64,000 bases of DNA from an uncultured virus (IMG/VR IMGVR_UViG_3300020469_003958) (lineage: Duplodnaviria > Heunggongvirae > Uroviricota > Caudoviricetes). The stretch lies in the IMG/VR virus record IMGVR_UViG_3300020469_003958; one strand, written 5' to 3'. The translations under genes were made by a program, and so were the position numbers. The notes beneath the pieces are model-generated. The model was not told where the DNA came from. It ran no database searches and saw nothing but the letters and a program-made list of their open reading frames with translations. Shown here in pieces: positions 58,361-64,000 of the stretch. Position 1 is the first letter of the stretch, and every line of letters begins with the position of its first letter.

Positions 58361-58413
58361 AAAACCCGAAATGTTTAAGCGTTACTATTATAAATATAAG
58401 AAAGGATGAGTTT

Positions 58414-59556
58414 TTAATCCATATATGTTGGTCTCCCAGTACCAGTACCAGGACTTCCACCAGTGTTACCATTCGAGCCATCACCATCAGTTGGTGGGTT
58501 ACCTTGACCTGGTGTTGAACCATCATTAGGGTTTTGACCATTATTACTTAAATCAATTACCCACTCTTCATTAACAGCATCCCACTCCCAATATTTACCA
58601 TTGAAAAGTACAGTCTCACCTGGCTGAACTCCTCTTCTACCAATTGGTAAGAAGGTTTTTGGGTTGGGGTCTTTTGGATTGCCATTATCATCAGTTTGTG
58701 TATCCTTTTCATTTGATGGTGAATCAGTATTAGTATCTGCTTCTTTTTCTTCTTTAGTGTATCCATCATAATCACCCAATTCATTAGTTGGTATTAATCT
58801 ATCATCATAGTTTGCCGCTGGTTTGCTTACTACCCAAGTTATGTATTTAATTAATTCGTTTATATCATATGTGGGATTTGCCTCTAATACTCCGCCAGAC
58901 CCTACTTGATAATTAGAATATACAAATAAGTTTTTTCTAACTTCAACTTGTCCGGATATTTCGTTTCTATTTAGATTAATACTAAGTTCTTTTGCTCTTA
59001 ATTCTTCAACTTTTTCTTTTATGGGTTTTATATCAACTACCACAATGTTCTTTTCTTCTATAATATCGTTTACAGCAAATGGACTACCATCTACTCTATA
59101 TTCTTTCATTAGTGTTTGAAAGAAACGAGCTGATGCATATAATTGAGGTTCGGAATCTGCTCCCTCTTTTAAACAAAGTATAAAATCAAATTCAATATCT
59201 TGGTCTAATAGTACATTTACTTTGGATAAATCGTATCTTGGGATATCTACAAAGTTTTGTGGATATTCACCATACAATCTTATTTGAGCTATCTCTGAAA
59301 AATTACCTACTCTTTGTTTTTGGACCTGTTCCTCATCTTGATTGTATATTTCTCTAATGGATATAAATTCATCATTAGATGATGTGTTCGATTCTCCTAC
59401 TGGTGTTGATTGGGTTGTAACACCATCTGATACTTTTTCTGGAGGAGATGTGATTGCAGATAGGGTTTTGGATTGTTTAGCTGCAGCTGCGGCATTTCGT
59501 TTTCTCCTTTTCTCTCTTCTAGCTTTTCTTCTTTCTCTGGCTTTTTTACCGAACAT
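58414..59556 (-). CDS. Hypothetical protein, Arg-rich N-terminus, Gly/Asn/Pro-rich C-terminus
   Basis: 380-aa ORF; late motif at 59572-59579. Confidence 0.65.
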   Translation of the reverse strand: MFGKKARERRKARREKRRKRNAAAAAKQSKTLSAITSPPEKVSDGVTTQSTPVGESNTSSNDEFISIREIYNQDEEQVQKQRVGNFSEIAQIRLYGEYPQNFVDIPRYDLSKVNVLLDQDIEFDFILCLKEGADSEPQLYASARFFQTLMKEYRVDGSPFAVNDIIEEKNIVVVDIKPIKEKVEELRAKELSINLNRNEISGQVEVRKNLFVYSNYQVGSGGVLEANPTYDINELIKYITWVVSKPAANYDDRLIPTNELGDYDGYTKEEKEADTNTDSPSNEKDTQTDDNGNPKDPNPKTFLPIGRRGVQPGETVLFNGKYWEWDAVNEEWVIDLSNNGQNPNDGSTPGQGNPPTDGDGSNGNTGGSPGTGTGRPTYMD

Positions 59557-59596
59557 TATAATTCCTTTCTATATAAATATTGGAATTTAAGAAAGA

Positions 59597-60064
59597 TTAT
59601 ATTCCGTTATGTCCTTCATCGTAGAATTGAACATTTACACCAGCTTCTTCAAACATAGTCCAACTACGTTCAGCTGATTCATCCCACTTCTTACCTTCAG
59701 CACCATAACCAGCCTTTTCACAAAAAATACGAGTAATTCCAGCATTGATAATTCCTCTAGCACAATCGGAACAAGGGATACCACAACTTAGATACATCGT
59801 ACACCCTTTGGTGGAAACTCCAATACGAGCTGCATTATAGATAGCGTTTCTTTCAGCATGTTCGAACCAAAAATACTTTTCAGGTCTTTCTTGTCTTTCC
59901 CTTATATTATCATCGATACCTCTTGGGAACGAATTGTAACCAGTAGATACAATCTCTTTATCTTTACCAACGATTACTGCTCCAATCTGAGTTCTCTCAT
60001 CTTTGGATTTAAGTTTAACTTGGTGTGCTAAGTTTTGGAAATATACTACCCATCTCATACTCAT
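59597..60064 (-). CDS. dCMP deaminase
   Basis: SKD..TQIGAVI, TGYN, HAERNAI, PCSDC. Confidence 0.92.
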   Translation of the reverse strand: MSMRWVVYFQNLAHQVKLKSKDERTQIGAVIVGKDKEIVSTGYNSFPRGIDDNIRERQERPEKYFWFEHAERNAIYNAARIGVSTKGCTMYLSCGIPCSDCARGIINAGITRIFCEKAGYGAEGKKWDESAERSWTMFEEAGVNVQFYDEGHNGI

Positions 60065-60082
60065 AAATATGTAACTTATAAA

Positions 60083-60430
60083 TTACTTTGCCCACTTATC
60101 TCTTTGGACAAGTTGAGAGATTATGCCATATACGGATAAATCCTCATAGGTATCTTGAATGTTTTCACCAACCTCATCTGGTTGTCCTTTAACAACTAAC
60201 TGAAGTAATCTTTGGATTTTATCATTCTTTCTGAACCATAATCCAGTTAAAGCAACCTTCTTATCATCATCAGTTTCTAACGTTGAACCAACTGATATAT
60301 TACCAGGTCCATAATTTCTTTGTTTTTTACAAAAGGTAATATACATCTCATCTAAAATCTTTTTAAATTCAGATGTTGTTTGAGGATAAGTTTTTTCACA
60401 AAACTCAACTGCTGTTTCTTTCTTTGCCAT
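60083..60430 (-). CDS. Nucleotide-modification-associated domain 1 (DUF1599-like) protein
   Basis: KKQRNYG..NI, RKNDKIQRL, E.IQDTYEDLSVYGII. Confidence 0.7.
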   Translation of the reverse strand: MAKKETAVEFCEKTYPQTTSEFKKILDEMYITFCKKQRNYGPGNISVGSTLETDDDKKVALTGLWFRKNDKIQRLLQLVVKGQPDEVGENIQDTYEDLSVYGIISQLVQRDKWAK

Positions 60431-60453
60431 AATTATACTTTATTGTTTACCAA

Positions 60454-60485
60454 CAAAGATACAAAAAATATTTTTAATATCCAAA
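60454..60485 (-). promoter_or_regulatory. Consensus Bacteroidota promoter
   Basis: TTTG-N20-TATCTTTG. Confidence 0.75.
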
Positions 60486-60739
60486 CGTTTTCAACTAAAT
60501 TTAAAAAAAGTCAAAAAAGTTTAGATTTTTTTTACGTTTGGGGAATGTGGTGTATATCTATATATACTCACATAAGATACTCTAAGGTGATGCTATGAGT
60601 TTAAACGCATCTAAACTTCAATCAGAAACGATTGTTGGACCGAGCAAATATTCTTTTTGATTTTTCAGACACAGTGACACGGTGCAAGACAAGACAAGTG
60701 TTAAATAAAAAAATTAAAATAAAAATTTAGACAAGACAA

Positions 60740-60973
60740 CTAAAGCACTTCATAGTTAAATTGGTCTATTCTTCTTACTACCCTATATACTCTTTGTGTC
60801 GGGTCGTTAGAATCCAATTCATCTCTTTTACTTTGCGCTTCAGCTTCGGTATCAAATTCATCTAAGGAATCTTCTGAATTTAATTTATAAACCCAAATCT
60901 GTCTTTTTGCCCAATTAGGGTCAGTTCCATTATCAACAGGAACTAATTGTTTTTGTACTGCAAATTCTTTCAT
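60740..60973 (-). CDS. Hypothetical protein
   Basis: 77-aa ORF, ATGA overlap. Confidence 0.6.
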   Translation of the reverse strand: MKEFAVQKQLVPVDNGTDPNWAKRQIWVYKLNSEDSLDEFDTEAEAQSKRDELDSNDPTQRVYRVVRRIDQFNYEVL

Positions 60974-61170
60974 AGTTGTACTCCTCTTTTTTGAAGTTCT
61001 CTTTTAATCATTTGTTTTTTCTTTTTATAGGAAGGTGTGCCATATAACTTTATCAACTCATCTGTACTCTCTCCACTTAAAGTATAATGCTTCCAAAACC
61101 ATCTATTGGTCATTTTACCATTCTTATCTCTAAGATATTCTTTTGTGCTTGGTTTTAATTTTGCTGGCAT
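60970..61170 (-). CDS. Hypothetical basic protein
   Basis: 66-aa ORF, translationally coupled. Confidence 0.6.
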   Translation of the reverse strand: MPAKLKPSTKEYLRDKNGKMTNRWFWKHYTLSGESTDELIKLYGTPSYKKKKQMIKRELQKRGVQL

Positions 61171-61826
61171 TATATTAATTTATTATCTTTTAAATAGTTG
61201 AACATATCGTTTCCAATCGATTTACCTAAATCTACATCTGATTGATAATGTACTTTTGCTATTACCCTACTCTTAGCTATATCCTTACCTAACTTCAAAA
61301 ACTCCCACTTATATTCAGGATATTTGTGAGCCATATAGTTTGATATTAAAATACCTTGAGCAGCATGACCAGATGGATACGATGGTGAATCCGATGTTGT
61401 ATCTTCAATTTTGTTAGTATCCAATTCTATATTAAGTAGGGGTGCAAGTTTGTAAGGTCTGGGTCTATTGAAGTGATATTTTAAATCTAACACAACTCCA
61501 CTAGCAGAATTTTTTAATTCTTTTACCATTTTCTCAGGGAACTTTACATCCAACTCTTTACACAATTTATTAAAAGAATCTCTTACCTTATCCATTTCAT
61601 AAGAAAATTCATCATTAGTTGGAATTTGTGATAATCTGATTAACTCTGTCATTGTTCTCAATGATTCGTTTCTATAAGGTTTTAAAGTCTTATACCCATC
61701 ATATTTGAATCCAGCTAAGATAGAATCAGATACTTCAGCAATACGTTTAGCATGTTTTGGTTCAACCGAATCATTATTGGTTAAATCATATATCTGTCCT
61801 ATATTTTTGTAATCATATACTAACAT
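61170..61826 (-). CDS. PAP2/haloperoxidase-superfamily phosphatase
   Basis: KYHFNRPRP, PSYPSGH, SRVIAKVHYQSD. Confidence 0.88.
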   Translation of the reverse strand: MLVYDYKNIGQIYDLTNNDSVEPKHAKRIAEVSDSILAGFKYDGYKTLKPYRNESLRTMTELIRLSQIPTNDEFSYEMDKVRDSFNKLCKELDVKFPEKMVKELKNSASGVVLDLKYHFNRPRPYKLAPLLNIELDTNKIEDTTSDSPSYPSGHAAQGILISNYMAHKYPEYKWEFLKLGKDIAKSRVIAKVHYQSDVDLGKSIGNDMFNYLKDNKLI

Positions 61827-61839
61827 ATCTATAAATATG

Positions 61840-62181
61840 TTAATCTACAATAATAATAGTTTTTTTGATTTCCTCTTCAGATAAAATTAAAATTAAGTTT
61901 AATTCTCCTTTAGGTAAAGACTTTGTATAAAGTATTTTTGTGTTTAATCCTACTATTGGTGTGAACAATTCTTTTGCTATTACCGAATTGTTTAGATGAG
62001 ATATAATTAACATATGTTCATCAGTAGATGATACTTCAAATGAAAACTCTTGTCCATCAACTACATTAGATATTGATTCCTCAAATATCATTTCGTATTG
62101 TGGCATAGGTTCTACAACCATTAACTCTTCTGGTTGACAAGATAATATAACGAATAATATTAATACTATATACTTTCTCAT
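61840..62181 (-). CDS. Putative lipoprotein
   Basis: MRKYIVLILFVILSC signal peptide II pattern. Confidence 0.65.
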   Translation of the reverse strand: MRKYIVLILFVILSCQPEELMVVEPMPQYEMIFEESISNVVDGQEFSFEVSSTDEHMLIISHLNNSVIAKELFTPIVGLNTKILYTKSLPKGELNLILILSEEEIKKTIIIVD

Positions 62182-64000
62182 TTTATTTTATGGTCTATTC
62201 CACCTCCATTTTGTTTTACTAATTCTGATTTTGTAACTGATAGTAATCCTAATATAGATTCAAAAGTTTGTTGTGGTGAAAAGTAAATCTTATATTGTAC
62301 ACCACCATTTAGATTTTGAGAACCATCAGTAGATATAGAACCTAACTTTATGTAGTTTGTTCTTTCAGCTGAAAACGATTGTAAGCTAGAAGTAGTTTCT
62401 ATTCTATCAAACTCCACTCTAGTGTTATCATATCCTATTCTAAACTCAGAACCTACAATGTTATGATTGTTTTGCGGCACATCTAATGTTACCACAAATT
62501 TATCTTCTTCCTTACTGATATCCAATAACACCTCTAATTCATTTGATTTTTGAGAAGATGATTTTCTAGCTGATGTTGATTGTACACCGGGTGAATTTGT
62601 TGATTGTGGTGCAGAATGTGAAAGATTTACATCACCTATAAATGAAACTTTATATTCTAAGGTTTGTATCGTATCTATAATACTAAAGGTAAAATTTGTT
62701 GATGGTGATTTATTTGTTTGTGTTTTCCAATTAGAGGTTGTAGTATTATCATATTCTGATTTAGGAACTATTCTCATTATCTCAGACAAAGTTCCATTAA
62801 ACGGAGTATCTCCACCATTTAAGAAAGATAATCCTATCTGACTATCTTGAAAATCAAAGTTACCATCTTGATTCACATCGGAATTTTGTAATTGAACCCC
62901 ACTCAAATCTCCCTTATATCCTCCATTAATTCCACCACCAGCTAATTCATTAAATCCTGCAACCACATCTGCAACTGTAATATAATCATCCATAAATTCT
63001 TCAGCTGTCCACCCCTCTATATTATCAGATGGATTATTAACAACTATTCTATGTCCTTTATATATTTCAACATCTTCAAATGAGAACTCTGCTTGTAATC
63101 CATAATACCCATTAGCATCTCTGATATTAGATGAAAAGTTTGAGTTTGTGAAATCAAGTTCATCATCAGTAGTAATGTAATAGTTTGCCCAATATGAATC
63201 ATCTGATACATAAGTTATAGTACCATCCCATAAATCAAATAATTGTAATTTTTTCAAATCGGTAAAAGTAAATCCATTTGGAAATTCTCTTTTATCAATA
63301 CCAACTTGATATCTTTTATTAGTATTATCATAATCATATAATACACACCACTCTACCGAACCACCAGTTGTAGTTGCCTTCTTACCATCACTCATCGTAA
63401 CTAAGTTTAAATAATCAGTTATATCTTTACTCCCATCATCATCTAAATAATATTTTGAATTCATTGTAGAAGTATTGTAATATGTTGAACCATCTTGTTC
63501 ATTTGATGCATCATAATACACACCAAATCTATATTGTTCTGGTGATAATTGAGAATGGAATTCTAAATCTAAATCAACTTCAGGTTCTGTTGTAGTAGTT
63601 CCACCACTTGGGTCTACATTTGTCCAAGTTCCAAATTGATGATTGGAACTTATCCAATTGTAATTTGGTGAACTTGAATTTGCTGGTATTGAATAACCAA
63701 AATAGTAATAATCCCCTCCACCATATTCTTGGTATCTAAATTCAAATTCATACCATTTAGTATTATCTAAATTTGCAGTACCATATCGATTAGAACAACA
63801 ACCCCATTGAAATGTAATTGTTTGCCAAGTAGTAGTTCCTACTTCTCTATATCTAGTTTCTGATGAATCATCTGCATAAGTTTTGAAATTATAAGTTCCA
63901 TTTTTATTTGGTTTGAACCAACCCGAATAGACTATTGCAAAAAATGAATTACCCCATCTCGGTGGGTGTCCTCCATTTAAACCACCTGAACTCCATGGTG
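62178..64000 (-). CDS. Large surface-type protein (5' end outside window): PA14-like, dockerin-like and cohesin-like domains
   Basis: Frame is open from 63998; FAIVYSGWFKP..GTYNFKTYADDSS..YQEYGGGD (PA14); DVNQDGNFDFQD and GDVN; IVGSEFRIGYDNTRVEF. Confidence 0.7.
   Translation of the reverse strand, partial: PWSSGGLNGGHPPRWGNSFFAIVYSGWFKPNKNGTYNFKTYADDSSETRYREVGTTTWQTITFQWGCCSNRYGTANLDNTKWYEFEFRYQEYGGGDYYYFGYSIPANSSSPNYNWISSNHQFGTWTNVDPSGGTTTTEPEVDLDLEFHSQLSPEQYRFGVYYDASNEQDGSTYYNTSTMNSKYYLDDDGSKDITDYLNLVTMSDGKKATTTGGSVEWCVLYDYDNTNKRYQVGIDKREFPNGFTFTDLKKLQLFDLWDGTITYVSDDSYWANYYITTDDELDFTNSNFSSNIRDANGYYGLQAEFSFEDVEIYKGHRIVVNNPSDNIEGWTAEEFMDDYITVADVVAGFNELAGGGINGGYKGDLSGVQLQNSDVNQDGNFDFQDSQIGLSFLNGGDTPFNGTLSEIMRIVPKSEYDNTTTSNWKTQTNKSPSTNFTFSIIDTIQTLEYKVSFIGDVNLSHSAPQSTNSPGVQSTSARKSSSQKSNELEVLLDISKEEDKFVVTLDVPQNNHNIVGSEFRIGYDNTRVEFDRIETTSSLQSFSAERTNYIKLGSISTDGSQNLNGGVQYKIYFSPQQTFESILGLLSVTKSELVKQNGGGIDHKIK

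Noticed and set aside
37730..58784. Nested - strand ORFs 37730..37945, 58332..58541 and 58557..58784
   Set aside because: Alternative frames inside or overlapping longer genes, with no independent signals
60533..60540. TACGTTTG on + strand as a host-type promoter
   Set aside because: No TTTG 20 nt upstream and no credible downstream ORF
2640..60598. The many + strand ORFs in the track (e.g. 4161..4889, 23680..24138, 35748..36110)
   Set aside because: Antisense shadows of well-supported - strand genes; S/L/F-rich with no motifs
63522..64000. Possible frameshift or separate gene upstream of 62178..63521
   Set aside because: Manual translation shows one open frame (..NWISSNHQFGTWTNVD..) to the window edge
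1..64000. Stop-codon reassignment as seen in some large phages
   Set aside because: Genes are full length and tightly packed under the standard code; TAA, TAG and TGA all end genes
1..64000. tRNA, rRNA, CRISPR array, integrase, transposase, reverse transcriptase
   Set aside because: None recognised by eye; intergenic gaps are short and show no repeat-spacer periodicity (a tRNA scan was not run)

Overview
AT-rich (roughly 30% GC by eye), gene-dense segment of a large T4-like/jumbo myovirus genome using the standard genetic code. Almost all genes lie on the - strand. Eight TTTG-N20-TAnnTT(T/A)G-type promoters point to a Bacteroidota (probably flavobacterial) host. The window holds a partial terminase large subunit and a baseplate/tail module (gp6-, gp25- and spike-like genes, plus a 3357-aa tail fibre with a Hint domain). 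It also holds replication/repair genes (Mre11-Rad50 fusion, primase, GIY-YIG nuclease, UvsE), a gp55-like sigma factor, and auxiliary genes (PhoH, Hsp20, dCMP deaminase, nucleotidases). Two candidate systems stand out. (1) A putative virion protein O-heptosylation pathway: HldE-like kinase and nucleotidyltransferase, a TibC/Aah-family heptosyltransferase and a GT4-methyltransferase-GT25-like fusion, next to tail proteins rich in [S/T]-[G/A/S]-S tripeptides that may be the acceptor sites. (2) A four-gene operon with a PAS histidine kinase and stand-alone receiver beside the sigma factor. All calls come from reading motifs by eye; no database searches were run.
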